A DNA stretch of 64,000 nucleotides from an uncultured Phycisphaerales bacterium (GCA_964490005.1 CAZBBB010000003.1:14128-78127); one strand, 5' to 3'. Counted from the stretch's first letter, positions 1 to 9,160 are shown. The notes: generated by a model not told the origin, from the letters alone. Numbers and translations are program-made.

Positions 1-1393
1 CCTCCGAGAAGTGGCGCTCGAAGATCGCGCGGACGCGACGACGATGCTCGGCCAGCTCGTCGTCGAGGGCCTGCACGTTGCGCATGTGCATGAGGCGGGC
101 GAGCGGACCGCGGTCGGCCGGGAGGCGATGCGTCTGCACGCGGTGCATCACCTGGAGCAGATTCTCCACGCGCCGGTGGAAGCGATAAGCCGAGCGCAGC
201 CGGGCGGCCTCGAGCGTGTCGATCGCGCCGGCGACGCGCAGCCGTTCGAGGCCGCGGAGCGTCGACGGCGAGATCAGGCCGGGTTGGCTGCCCACGTGCA
301 GCAGGCCCAGGAACTGCACGATGGTCTCGATGTCGCGGATGCCGCCGGGAGCCTGCTTGACGTCGGCGCGCTCCTCGGAGCGGGCGTGGTGCGCTTCGGT
401 GGCGGCCTTGAGCCGCTTGAACTGCCGGATCGCGCCGGCGTCCAGGCCGCAGGCGAGGATCCACTCGCGCGTGCCGCGCAGGAACGCCGATCCGGCGCCC
501 TGCGCGTCGAACACCACGCGCGCCTTGGTGAGCATCTGCCGCTCCCAGGGCCGCCCGACCTCGCGGTAGTACTGCAGACACGAGGACACGGTGCGCGTGA
601 GCTGCCCCGAGCCGCCCTCGGGGCGCAAGCGCATGTCGACGCGGTACAGGTGTCCGTCGGGTGTCTGCGACGAGAGCAGTCGCACGAAGGCGCGCGCCAC
701 GGCATCGGCGGAAGGCTGGTCGGCGGCGGTGTCCGGTCGCACGAACATCAGGTCGATGTCGCTGCTGTAGTTCAGCTCCGAGCCGCCCAGCTTGCCCAGG
801 GCGATGATCGCGAAGTGCCGCTCGACGCCGAGGGCCAAGGCCGCCCCCGCGACGACGGCGTCCGCCAGCCGCGAGAGCCGCGTCGTGACCTGCTCGATGT
901 CGAGCCCTTCGATCAGGTCTTCCCAGGCGATGGCCAGCAGGTCGACCTGGAGCTGCCGCCGCAGCGCCGATTCGCGATCCTCGCCGGCGGCGGCGGCGCG
1001 ATAGCGCGCGGCGGCGGACTCGACGGCGAAGGGTCGTCCGAGTTCGCCGAGCAGCTCGGGGCGGGCGAGCAGCACGTCGGCCATGTGCTGGCTCGAACCG
1101 AGGAACCGCGCCAGCGCGTGGCCCGGGACGGGGGAGCGCGGCCGTTCGGTGCCCGCGAGCAGGCGCGAGCAGTTGATCAGTGCGCGTCCCGGATCGGGCG
1201 CATCGATCGCGCCGGCGAGCACGGCCTCCAGCGAGAGGTCGTCGGGCGGGAGGGCGATCAACGGGTCGAGCGCCTGCAGGGCCGCGCCGCCGTCCTCGAA
1301 ACCGAGGCCCGCGAGCGCGGCGCGGCAGGCACCGTCGTCGAGATCGCCGGCCCGGCGGTCGACCAGCAGGCGGTCGACGGTGTACGGCGTCAC
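1..1393 (-). CDS. glnE: Glutamine synthetase adenylyltransferase/adenylyl-removing enzyme, N-terminal ~464 aa (gene continues past the left window edge)
   Basis: My own minus-strand translation; the ORF is not in the track because it has no stop in the window. Sequence: VTPYTVDRLL...FAIIALGKLGGSELNYSSDIDLMFV...HLYRVDMRLRPEGGSGQL...APGGIRDIETIVQFL...ELAEHRRRVRAIFERHFSE. These are nucleotidyltransferase motifs typical of GlnE. The GTG start at 1393 overlaps the TGA of the upstream gene (GTGA). Track ORF 11..1537(+) is its antisense shadow. Confidence 0.8.
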   Translation of the reverse strand, partial: MTPYTVDRLLVDRRAGDLDDGACRAALAGLGFEDGGAALQALDPLIALPPDDLSLEAVLAGAIDAPDPGRALINCSRLLAGTERPRSPVPGHALARFLGSSQHMADVLLARPELLGELGRPFAVESAAARYRAAAAGEDRESALRRQLQVDLLAIAWEDLIEGLDIEQVTTRLSRLADAVVAGAALALGVERHFAIIALGKLGGSELNYSSDIDLMFVRPDTAADQPSADAVARAFVRLLSSQTPDGHLYRVDMRLRPEGGSGQLTRTVSSCLQYYREVGRPWERQMLTKARVVFDAQGAGSAFLRGTREWILACGLDAGAIRQFKRLKAATEAHHARSEERADVKQAPGGIRDIETIVQFLGLLHVGSQPGLISPSTLRGLERLRVAGAIDTLEAARLRSAYRFHRRVENLLQVMHRVQTHRLPADRGPLARLMHMRNVQALDDELAEHRRRVRAIFERHFSE

Positions 1394-2418
1394 GCGGCCG
1401 CGTCCTCCAGCAGCGCGAGCGCGGCCGACGTGACGCGCGCCGCCTCGAGCCGTTCCATGCAGATGCGATCGTCGCAGCGGCGCAGGGTGCAGGGGCTGCA
1501 GGCCACTCCGGCGCGCACGACGCGCGAGCGGTCGTAGGCCGGTCCGGTGACGGTCGGGTCCTTGGGGCCGTACAGGCCGAGTACGGGCGTGCCGAGCGCG
1601 TTCGCCAGGTGCAGCGGGAAGGAGTCCGCCGCGATCACGAGGTGCGCTTCGGCGAGCAGCGCGGCCAGGTCCCAGATGCCGCCGCCGGGCGGGCGCAGGA
1701 CCGGCACCCGCGCGAGACGGGCGACCTCGTCGGCGAGCGCCGCCTCGCCCGGGCCGGCCGTGACGACGACCCGCGCGTCCACCTCGCGCGTGAGGTTCGC
1801 GGCCACCTCCGCGAAGCGGTCGGCGCTCCAGCGCTTGAGGCGGCCGAAGGCGCTCGTGCCGGGGTGCAGCACGACCACGGGGCCGCGGCCGGGCTGCTCC
1901 TGCAGGCGCCGCCGCGCGCGGCCGCGGGCCGCGGGGTCGTCGGGGAGGCGCGGCCTCGGGATCGCGGCCGGCACCGGGACGCCGAGGGCCGCGACCAGCG
2001 CCATGTTCTGCGCCACGCGGTGGCGCGCACCGACGGGCGGCTGGATGGCCTGCGTGAGCGCGGCTTCCGCTCCGTCGCGCGCCAGGGACGAGTTGAACCC
2101 GAGCTTGCGCTGCGCGCGCAGGCAGGCCAACTGCAAGCGACTCTTGAGGCTGCCTTGGAGGTCGAGGACGACGTCGTCGCGGCGTCGGCGCATCGCGATC
2201 GCGTGCGCGGGCCAGCGCGTCGGGCTCCGCCGCGGGAAGATCACGACCCGCTCGAGGAAGTCCTGGCCCGCGAGCAGCGCAGCAGCGCGGTCCTCGACGA
2301 GCCAACTCACGCGCTCGGCGATCCCGCTGCCGGCGAGGGCCTGGACGGCCGGCAAGGCGAACAGGATGTCGCCCATGGCGGAGAGGCGGACGACGAGCAC
2401 CGAAGCCAGGCGATCCAA
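1390..2418 (-). CDS. Glycosyltransferase family 9 (ADP-heptose:LPS heptosyltransferase-like)
   Basis: Track ORF of 342 aa, MDRLASVLVVRLSAMGDILFALPAVQAL.... The N-terminal RLSAMGD motif, the length and the C-terminal CxxC...C are typical of RfaF/WaaC-type GT9 enzymes. Confidence 0.85.
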   Translation of the reverse strand: MDRLASVLVVRLSAMGDILFALPAVQALAGSGIAERVSWLVEDRAAALLAGQDFLERVVIFPRRSPTRWPAHAIAMRRRRDDVVLDLQGSLKSRLQLACLRAQRKLGFNSSLARDGAEAALTQAIQPPVGARHRVAQNMALVAALGVPVPAAIPRPRLPDDPAARGRARRRLQEQPGRGPVVVLHPGTSAFGRLKRWSADRFAEVAANLTREVDARVVVTAGPGEAALADEVARLARVPVLRPPGGGIWDLAALLAEAHLVIAADSFPLHLANALGTPVLGLYGPKDPTVTGPAYDRSRVVRAGVACSPCTLRRCDDRICMERLEAARVTSAALALLEDAAA

Positions 2419-2490
2419 GGCGGCCGCAGGCTAGCAAAGGGTCTCTGTGCGTGGACCCTGCCATCGCTCGCATGTAAGGTCTTCGGCTGC

Positions 2491-3351
2491 ATGCTTCGGC
2501 CCGCCCTGCCGCCTGGTCTCGAAGCGACCCACCTGCTGCACGAGCGCGGTGCGTATTGGGTGCTGGTGCGGCGTGACTGGGAGGCCGCTTTGCCCGTGGG
2601 CGCGCTGTTGGACGGCGCTCCGGTCGGCGCGTGGGGGGAGGTCCAGGCGCACGGCCTGAGGGGCCGCGGCCCGATCCATCTCGTGCGGACGGCGCGGGGC
2701 GTCGTGGTCGCGAAGCGGTACGAGCGCGGCGGCGTGCTGGGCGGGCTGCTCCGGCATCGCTATGGCGATCCCGAGCGGCCGCTGCGGGAGGCGTGGGTCG
2801 CGGAACAACTGGCGCGGCGCGGTTGCCGCACTCCCTGCGTGGTCGTCGCGCGGGGTCGACGTACCCTCGGGGGTCTGTGGGAACTGGAGATCGGCACCGA
2901 GTTCCTGCACGGGGCCGTGGACCTGCTGCACGCCCTGGAGCGACGCCCGGCGGAGGCCGAGCGTCTCGCGGAAACGGTTGGCCGGACCTTGCGTCGCGTG
3001 CAGGATGCGGGCCTCGATCACCGCGACCTGCAGGTGCGCAACCTGCTCGTCGGGCCCGAGCCGTACGGCGACTTGGCGATCATCGACCTCGATCGTTGCC
3101 GCGTACGGCCTCCCCTCAGCGCCGGGCGGAGAATGGCGGCCTTGGCGCGCTTCGCCCGGTCGCTGGTGAAGCAGGGCGTCCTCCCCGCGGATCTTTCGGG
3201 GCGGCGGCGAGATCTGCGTCTGTGCCTGGTCTTCGCCCGACAGGCGCTGGGACCGTCCCACCGAACGGCGCTGCGACAGATCCTGCGGACCACGGCGCGT
3301 GCGGTCGCGCGCCACCGGTGGTCCTGGGGCCAGCAGGCGCGGACGCTCTGA
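2491..3351 (+). CDS. Lipopolysaccharide kinase (Kdo/WaaP/InaA) family protein
   Basis: In-frame ATG at 2491 inside the composite 723-aa ORF 1180..3351. Product MLRPALPPG...GLDHRDLQVRNLLV...AIIDLDR has a kinase-like catalytic loop and DLD motif. Divergent from the GT9 gene across a 72-bp gap. Confidence 0.7.
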   Translation: MLRPALPPGLEATHLLHERGAYWVLVRRDWEAALPVGALLDGAPVGAWGEVQAHGLRGRGPIHLVRTARGVVVAKRYERGGVLGGLLRHRYGDPERPLREAWVAEQLARRGCRTPCVVVARGRRTLGGLWELEIGTEFLHGAVDLLHALERRPAEAERLAETVGRTLRRVQDAGLDHRDLQVRNLLVGPEPYGDLAIIDLDRCRVRPPLSAGRRMAALARFARSLVKQGVLPADLSGRRRDLRLCLVFARQALGPSHRTALRQILRTTARAVARHRWSWGQQARTL

Positions 3352-3393
3352 AACCCTCGGAATTCGCGGGCAAACGTGGGGGCGCCTCATAAG

Positions 3394-3424
3394 ATGACAT
3401 GGGTGTCAGCAGTTGATGCATAAT
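3394..3424 (+). promoter_or_regulatory. Candidate sigma70-type promoter (ATGACA - 19 nt - CATAAT) in an AT-rich island
   Basis: ATGACA at 3394-3399 and CATAAT at 3419-3424, inside the only AT-rich stretch upstream of the FG-GAP gene. The spacer is long (18-19 nt), so this is weak. Confidence 0.3.
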
Positions 3425-3449
3425 TCCGCCTCGACCGTTGCATATGCAT
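3413..3449. promoter_or_regulatory. Pair of TGCAT-based palindromes (ATGCAT at 3416-3421; TGCATATGCA at 3439-3448), possible operator
   Basis: Read directly: gTTGATGCATAAttccgcctcgaccgTTGCATATGCATc. A related CTGCAT-GA-ATGCAG inverted repeat lies upstream of the second FG-GAP gene at 9161-9174. Confidence 0.3.
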
Positions 3450-3634
3450 CTTGTCGGATCGGCGCGTTGCGGTAGACTTGCGCCCTCGCCCGGCGGATCT
3501 GATCCCCGGGGCCATTCGTCGTGCGCCGATTCTGGACGGGCTCACAAGGCCGACTCGGTGCGCAGCCGATGACCTCCCCTCGGATTCCTTCGAGCTTTCC
3601 CTGTTACGGCATCCCTCGTTTCCCCGGAGACATC

Positions 3635-5713
3635 ATGCGATTCACGCTCATCACCGTGCTCGCGGGCGCGGGTCTGGTCGCGCTGACGAATACCGTCGGC
3701 GCCCAGGTCCTCACCGACCTGCAGCCCGGCCGAAACTTCATCGGCCAGGCCAATTTCGGCACGTTCCGTTCCGAGAACATCGACGTCGGCGACGCCGACA
3801 ACGACGGTGACCTCGACGCCATCGTCGGCAACGGCGGCGACGGCACCGCGCAGGCCAACAAGATCTACATCAACAGCGGCACGGGTGCGTTCACGGACGG
3901 TTCGGCCACGCGCTTCGCGGGCCTGCCCTCCGACACGTCGCGCGACATCGAGTTCATGGATCTCGACAACGACGGCGACCTCGACGTCTACGTGTCGAAC
4001 CGCGGCACGACCACCAATGGTGGCGAAGTCAGCCGCTTCCACATCAACAACGCGGGCCTGCAGGGCAACCCGAACGTCGGCTTCTACGTCGAGCAGACGG
4101 ACGCCCGGTGGGGCACCCTCGGCTCCGTGCCGCTGTCGCAGCAGGTCTCCGGCGGCAATGTCGGCTCGTGGCGCGACTTTTCGTGCGATTGCGAGTTCGC
4201 CGACATCGACGACGACGGCGACCTCGATCTGTTCCACAGCAGCTACGGCCCGAACATCAATGGCACCGAGCCGCACCGCGTGTTCACCAACAATGGCGCG
4301 GGCGTGTTCAACGAGCTGTTCCCGTGGGTGAACGCCAGCGCGGACATCCGCACGCACGCGCTCGACATCGATCTCGTCGACTTCGACGGCGACTTCGACC
4401 TCGACATCTTCAACTCGAGCCGTGACAGCCAGGCGCGCGTGTTCATGAACAACCTGTACGGCACCCCGCTCGGCACGGCTCCGTTCGCCGACATCACGCA
4501 GACCGCGCTCATCAACCAGGGCGCGACGCTGACGGGTGTCAACAACTACGAAGCCGAACCGGCGGATCTGGATGGCGACGGCGACTTCGACGTCTGGGCG
4601 AAGAACTACAACGGCAACCTCGACCGCGTTCTGCGCAACGACGGCCCCGTGGCTGGCGGTTGGAAGTTCACGCAGGTGAACTCGTTCATCGTGGGTGACC
4701 CGAACGTCGACGAGAACGAAGTCGACTTCGGCGACTACGACGGCGACGGAGACCTCGACGCCTTCGCGGCGAACTTCAGCGGCACCAACTGGATCTACCA
4801 GAGCGGTCTCGCGCAGGGGTTCACGCCGGCCGGCGGTCTCTACCACCGCACGGGTGGCGGCGGCAGCGCCGCGGCGGCGTTCCCCGAGACCCCGACCACG
4901 GGCGGCGGCAGCACGTCGCTCGACGGTGAGTGGGCCGACATGGACGGCGACGGCGATGAAGACATCCTGGTGGCCAACGACGCCAACCAGCAGAATTACT
5001 TCTATCGCAACGCCCTCGGTGTCCCGGACACGCACGCGCCGACCTTCTACCAGCTGCAGACGGTCACGTCTCCGCCGGCAGGTCAGCCCGTCGTGTTGCA
5101 CGCGGCCGTGCGCGACAACTCCCCGTACTACCTCTTCACCTTCTACCCGGCGGTGCTCAAGTACACCGTCAACGGCGGCGCGGTGCAGACGGTGGATGCG
5201 TACGAGCAGGGTGGCCAGCAGTTCCGCGCCGTGATCCCCGCCCAGAGCGGCACGGTTGCGTACCACTGGGAAGTGACGGACATGGCCGGCAACACCGGTA
5301 TCTCCGCCACGAACAACTACACCCAGGCTGGTGGCAGCCCGTGGACGAACCTCGGGTTCGCCCTGCCGGGCGTGAACGGCAACCCGTCGCTGGTGGGCAC
5401 CGGCCCGCTGACCACGGGCAGCGCCGGCACGCTGACGCTCAGCAACGCGGCCGGTCCGGGCGCGACGGCGATCCTGTTCGTCTCGCTCTCGAGCACGCCG
5501 GCGCCGTTCAAGGGCGGCACGCTCGTCCCGGTGCCGATCCTGCTGCAGCTCACGCTGTTCACGGCGGGCAACCCGGGCAGCATCCCGCTGGGTTGGGCGT
5601 CGTGGCCGTCGGGTCTGTCGGGTCAGAGCCTGTACTTCCAGTACGCGATCGCCGACGCGGGCGCGGTCAACGGCGTTGCTCTCAGCAACGCTCTGCGGGC
5701 CAACGTTCCGTGA
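3635..5713 (+). CDS. Secreted FG-GAP/VCBS repeat protein (7-blade integrin-alpha-like propeller) with unassigned C-terminal domain
   Basis: ATG 3635 with GGAG 5 nt upstream. Signal peptide MRFTLITVLAGAGLVALTNTVGAQ. Seven Ca-binding blades: DADNDGDLD, DLDNDGDLD, DIDDDGDLD, DFDGDFDLD, DLDGDGDFD, DYDGDGDLD, DMDGDGDED. Track ORF 3521..5713 is in the same frame. Confidence 0.85.
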   Translation: MRFTLITVLAGAGLVALTNTVGAQVLTDLQPGRNFIGQANFGTFRSENIDVGDADNDGDLDAIVGNGGDGTAQANKIYINSGTGAFTDGSATRFAGLPSDTSRDIEFMDLDNDGDLDVYVSNRGTTTNGGEVSRFHINNAGLQGNPNVGFYVEQTDARWGTLGSVPLSQQVSGGNVGSWRDFSCDCEFADIDDDGDLDLFHSSYGPNINGTEPHRVFTNNGAGVFNELFPWVNASADIRTHALDIDLVDFDGDFDLDIFNSSRDSQARVFMNNLYGTPLGTAPFADITQTALINQGATLTGVNNYEAEPADLDGDGDFDVWAKNYNGNLDRVLRNDGPVAGGWKFTQVNSFIVGDPNVDENEVDFGDYDGDGDLDAFAANFSGTNWIYQSGLAQGFTPAGGLYHRTGGGGSAAAAFPETPTTGGGSTSLDGEWADMDGDGDEDILVANDANQQNYFYRNALGVPDTHAPTFYQLQTVTSPPAGQPVVLHAAVRDNSPYYLFTFYPAVLKYTVNGGAVQTVDAYEQGGQQFRAVIPAQSGTVAYHWEVTDMAGNTGISATNNYTQAGGSPWTNLGFALPGVNGNPSLVGTGPLTTGSAGTLTLSNAAGPGATAILFVSLSSTPAPFKGGTLVPVPILLQLTLFTAGNPGSIPLGWASWPSGLSGQSLYFQYAIADAGAVNGVALSNALRANVP

Positions 5714-5788
5714 CCTGACGTTCGCTGCGGGCGTCCCCACTCAAGGGAGACCTTGGTGGGGCGCCCGTGGCGGGCGCAAGGAATCGTA

Positions 5789-5830
5789 GAGGCCTCCGAG
5801 TCTCCCGAAGTCGGGAGACTCGGAGGCCTC
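5789..5830. terminator. Perfect 20-nt inverted repeat (19-bp stem, 4-nt loop) between convergent genes; likely bidirectional terminator
   Basis: gaggcctccgagtctcccga-ag-tcgggagactcggaggcctc, followed by gcgcctttcg. It lies between the stop at 5713(+) and the stop at 5925(-). Confidence 0.65.
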
Positions 5831-5924
5831 GCGCCTTTCGCGGTTGCGGGATCCTGGCGCGGCCGCGTCGCCGCCTCGGTTCGGGCGCGGAGGGATTCCC
5901 GCGCCCGGCGCGCGGGCCGTGACG

Positions 5925-6866
5925 TCAGTGAAGCAGGTCGACCCAGTCGGCGGGCAGCGGGCCGCGATCGACGCCGAAGATCTCGATCAGGGCTGCGTGG
6001 GCGGCCTCCGACTCGACGGGGAAGGAACTCTCGAGCATCTCCGCAATGGTCTCCGCCGCAAACCGATGCTTGGCGGAGCCGAGCGCGAGCGCGATGCGCG
6101 CCCGGACGAGCGGCATCTGTTCGCTGCGGAGAGCGGGCAGAAGCTGCTCGGTGACCTGCGCGCTCGGAGAGCGCGCGGCCGCATCCGCCGCGTGGAGGCG
6201 CACACGCGGCTCGCTGTCGCGGAGCGCGTCGAGCAGCGCGGCCCTGACCTCGGTGCTCTCGGCGGAACGGATCGTCGACCCGAGCGCCAGAATGGCGTTG
6301 GCGCGCACATCCGGATCGTGGTGCCGTCGCCCGAGATCACACAGCTCGGGCGTCGCCGTCTCGATCTGCCCGATCTTCCAGATCGCGAGGAGCACATTGC
6401 GCAGCAGTTCGTCGTCCCGTTCTCCGAGGGCCGCCGCGAGTGCACGGACCGCGGCCGGGTGCGGTGACCGCAGACCGAGGTCGTTGGCGGGCACTCGGGA
6501 AAAGCCCAGCGCCCAAGCAGCCACGAGCCGTCGTTCGCGCGTCCCGGACTGGAATTCTCCGATGACCTGATCGAAGTGGGTGACGACCCGGACCGTGAGC
6601 AACTCCTCGATCGTCCTGGCATTCTGCCGCCTCTGCTCGGCTTGCCACGAGGGGAGCATGCGCTCGAGCGTCATGAAGAGTTCGGCCGTGGTGCTCCGTT
6701 CGGGAGCCGCCATGCCCTCCTTCAGCCGCAGCAGGAATTCGCGCTCGGCCGCCCGCTCGTAGGCGGCGGTTTCTTCGGCCGTTCCGGCCTCCGCGGCGGT
6801 TCGCGGGGGAGACCCGCACGAGGCTGCGAGAGCGGCTCCCAGGACGAGGCAATAGCGATGATTCAT
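5925..6866 (-). CDS. HEAT-repeat lipoprotein
   Basis: 313 aa. Lipobox LGAALAASC. Repeated ...VRxxAAxALG... units (DPDVRANAILALG, EPRVRLHAADAAA, LVRARIALALG) typical of PBS-lyase-type HEAT repeats. Confidence 0.7.
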   Translation of the reverse strand: MNHRYCLVLGAALAASCGSPPRTAAEAGTAEETAAYERAAEREFLLRLKEGMAAPERSTTAELFMTLERMLPSWQAEQRRQNARTIEELLTVRVVTHFDQVIGEFQSGTRERRLVAAWALGFSRVPANDLGLRSPHPAAVRALAAALGERDDELLRNVLLAIWKIGQIETATPELCDLGRRHHDPDVRANAILALGSTIRSAESTEVRAALLDALRDSEPRVRLHAADAAARSPSAQVTEQLLPALRSEQMPLVRARIALALGSAKHRFAAETIAEMLESSFPVESEAAHAALIEIFGVDRGPLPADWVDLLH

Positions 6867-7297
6867 GTCGACTCCGACGACCGATCGCTCGACGGGCTTC
6901 CCGCACGGAGTGCCTCGCGTACGTCCGGAGGCAGCCGCGTCGGGCGGTTGGAAGCATCGACGCAGCCCAGCCGCGTGCTGCCGCGGGCGCGGACGATGCC
7001 CTCCGGGCCCAGCAGGCGATACGCGAAGCTGACCGACGCCCCGCGGACGTCGACGACTTGCGTTTCGACGACGAGCAGCTCGTCGTACTTCGCCGGCCTG
7101 AGGTACTGGAGCGATGCCTCGATGACGGCGAGTCTCAGGCCCCGTGCCTCGAGTCCCGCGTACGGCGATCCCGCGTTGCGCATGTGCTCGGTACGGCCGA
7201 GCTCGAAGTACACCAGATAGTGCGCGTGATAGACGACGCCCATGCTGTCGACCTCGCCGTAGCGCGGCCTGATCGTGAATCGAGAGACCGTCGTCAT
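6863..7297 (-). CDS. Acyl-CoA thioesterase, YbgC/4HBT (hotdog) family
   Basis: In-frame ATG at 7297: MTTVSRFTIRPRYGEVDSMGVVYHAHYLVYFELGRTEHMR.... This is the typical 4HBT N-terminus with catalytic D. Its stop overlaps the next gene's ATG (ATGA). Confidence 0.85.
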   Translation of the reverse strand: MTTVSRFTIRPRYGEVDSMGVVYHAHYLVYFELGRTEHMRNAGSPYAGLEARGLRLAVIEASLQYLRPAKYDELLVVETQVVDVRGASVSFAYRLLGPEGIVRARGSTRLGCVDASNRPTRLPPDVREALRAGSPSSDRSSEST

Positions 7298-7411
7298 GAT
7301 GGGTTCCACGAGCGTGCCCAGCACCCGCGAGGCGAGGCCGGGATCACGGGCCGCCAAGTTGGGCAATTTCGGATCTTTCGCGCAAGGCTGGTCGTTGCGG
7401 ATCATGGGGGC

Positions 7412-7780
7412 ATGTGGATCAAGCCGCTGCTCGTCGCGATCGCCGGCTGGCTCCTGCCCGGGGCCGGGCACGCCCTCCTGGGGCGGCTGGACCGGGCCGT
7501 GTGGTTCGGCAGCCTCATCCTCGGCATGTTCGCGCTGGGTGTCGTTCTCGGCGAGGGGGCGAGCGTCTCCGCGGCGCGCTTCCCGTACCACTACTATGGC
7601 CAGCTTGGCGCTGCGCTGCCCGCGGTCGTCGTCGATCGCATCTGGGGGCTCGCGCCTCAAGGGCGGACGATCGATCGGCTCGAACTCGGCCTGGTCTTCA
7701 CCACGGTCGCGGGCATCATGAATCTGGTCGCGGTCGTGGACGCGTTCGAGCTTTCCCGCCGCGATGAGAGGCGGGCGTGA
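7412..7780 (+). CDS. Small integral membrane protein (3-4 predicted TM helices)
   Basis: ATG 7412 in frame with track ORF 7058..7780: MWIKPLLVAIAGWLLPGAGHALLGRLDRAVWFGSLILGMFALGVVL.... Hydrophobic helices. Divergent from the thioesterase gene. Confidence 0.6.
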   Translation: MWIKPLLVAIAGWLLPGAGHALLGRLDRAVWFGSLILGMFALGVVLGEGASVSAARFPYHYYGQLGAALPAVVVDRIWGLAPQGRTIDRLELGLVFTTVAGIMNLVAVVDAFELSRRDERRA

Positions 7781-7980
7781 TGAGTGTCGGTCCGCTCACG
7801 CTGGCAGAGCATGTGTTCTGGTTCCTCGTGCTCTCGCTGGGCGTGTTCCTCGTCTACAACACGCTGCGAGCGCCGTCGATCCGCGTGGCGGCCCGTGTTG
7901 GCCTCAGGAGGTGGCTGGCATTCGTGGCCGGCGCGGGCATCCTCGCCGTGGTCTCGCACTTCATCGAGGAGTCGCTCTGA
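7777..7980 (+). CDS. Small membrane protein (2 TM helices)
   Basis: 67 aa, MMSVGPLTLAEHVFWFLVLSLGVFLVYNTL...LAFVAGAGILAVVSHFI. ATGA overlap with the preceding gene. Confidence 0.5.
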   Translation: MMSVGPLTLAEHVFWFLVLSLGVFLVYNTLRAPSIRVAARVGLRRWLAFVAGAGILAVVSHFIEESL

Positions 7981-7985
7981 TCCGG

Positions 7986-9050
7986 TCAGCGTCGGAGGCT
8001 CCAGCGGCCGTCGAGTGCACGCCTGACTCGCCCCTCGAGTTCGAGCGAGACGAGTCTTGACCTGACGCCGCCCGGTGGCGCAGCCAGTTCCGCGGCGATT
8101 TCATCGGCCGTCTTCGCTCCCGCCGCCAAGGCCCCGGCAATCGGATCACCGGATCGGGGGGGCTGCCGAGTGTCGATCGGGTCGCGCTCGCCGAGCGCCT
8201 CGAGCAGGCCGAACTCGTCGAGCACGGGCGTGGCTCCGTCGGCGATCAGCCGATTGGTTCCCCGTGACGCTTCCGAATCGATGGGACCGGGCACGGCGAG
8301 GATCTCCCGCCCGAGGTCCGTCGCGTGATCCACGGTGATCAGGGCGCCGCTGCGCACGCCCGCCTCGACCACGAGGACATGGGTCGCGAGTGCCGCGATG
8401 ATGCGGTTGCGCTTGGGAAAGGTCATCCGATCCGGTGGGCGACCGAGCGGAAACTCGGAGATCAGGGTGCCGCGCTCCGCGATCGCTTCCTGGAGCAGCA
8501 CATGCTCGGGCGGATACGCCACGTCGATCCCGCAACCCAGTACGGCAATGGGCCAGGCCTCCTCGGCCAGAGCGGCTTCAAGGGCGTGTCGGTCGATCCC
8601 GCGCGCAAGGCCGGACGAGATCGCCCAGCCCGTCCGCGCTGCGGCCTGCGCGAGGCGTTCCGTCGTTCGTCGCCCGTAGGGTGTCGCGGCCCTTGCGCCG
8701 ACGATGGCCAGGACGCGTTCCGGGGGCGGCCAGCGTCCGCGAACGGAGAGCAGCGGAGGTGGATCGTGCAGCCGCCGGAGCGCGTCGGGATAGTCGGTCG
8801 AGCGCGCAGGAACGAGGCGCAGTCCCAGGGCTGCGCAGCGCTGCAATTCCGCCCTCGCCCGCACCATGTCTCGGAGCGGGACGAGACGGCGGCTGAACCC
8901 CGCTGGAAGACCCGCCCTGATCCAGGCGTCAGGGGCACACTCGTACCAGCGCCGGCGGGTGCCGAACCCCCGCAGGAGCCGGCGAAGATCCGCCAGACTG
9001 CCACCGGCCAAGTGAGCGCACACCTCGGTCAGGGTCACCTGGGCGATCAC
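7986..9050 (-). CDS. dprA: DNA-processing protein DprA (Smf)
   Basis: 354 aa: ...LAIVGARAATPYGRRTTERLA...SGLARGIDRHALEAAL...VLGCGIDVAYPPEH...FPKRNRIIAAL...VVEAGVRSGALITVDHA.... Confidence 0.9.
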   Translation of the reverse strand: MIAQVTLTEVCAHLAGGSLADLRRLLRGFGTRRRWYECAPDAWIRAGLPAGFSRRLVPLRDMVRARAELQRCAALGLRLVPARSTDYPDALRRLHDPPPLLSVRGRWPPPERVLAIVGARAATPYGRRTTERLAQAAARTGWAISSGLARGIDRHALEAALAEEAWPIAVLGCGIDVAYPPEHVLLQEAIAERGTLISEFPLGRPPDRMTFPKRNRIIAALATHVLVVEAGVRSGALITVDHATDLGREILAVPGPIDSEASRGTNRLIADGATPVLDEFGLLEALGERDPIDTRQPPRSGDPIAGALAAGAKTADEIAAELAAPPGGVRSRLVSLELEGRVRRALDGRWSLRR

Positions 9051-9160
9051 GCGGGCATGGACGGATTCGGGACATCGCAGTTACGTTCGGAGGACGCCCT
9101 CGGCCGATAGGTGCCGGATGCGTGGACCTCCCGGACCTGCAGGGCTACACTTCGACTCCT

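Noticed and set aside
11-1537. 508-aa plus-strand ORF at the left edge
   Set aside because: It is antisense to glnE, whose minus-strand translation shows GlnE nucleotidyltransferase motifs. The plus-strand product has no motifs.
1180-3351. Composite long ORFs (1180..3351; 15971..19882; 12948..14849; 39436..43095; 41436..44099; 36601..38277; 46035..47732; 52944..54101; 53555..54787; 59503..61377; 60888..62231)
   Set aside because: Only the 3' portions are real genes. The 5' extensions run through neighbouring genes in a shadow frame. Starts were reassigned using start/stop overlaps, SD sequences, signal peptides and family N-termini.
3542-5740. 732-aa minus-strand ORF, plus similar long ORFs at 9145..10980(-), 11215..12402(-), 22007..23932(-), 22063..24789(+), 42963..44156(-), 44159..45685(-), 51076..53295(+), 57087..60086(+), 62709..63989(-) and others
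   Set aside because: All are shadows of motif-bearing genes in another frame or on the other strand (FG-GAP proteins, vWA, TPR, lepA, argS, thiolase). Their compositions are dominated by R, A, G, P, D and E.
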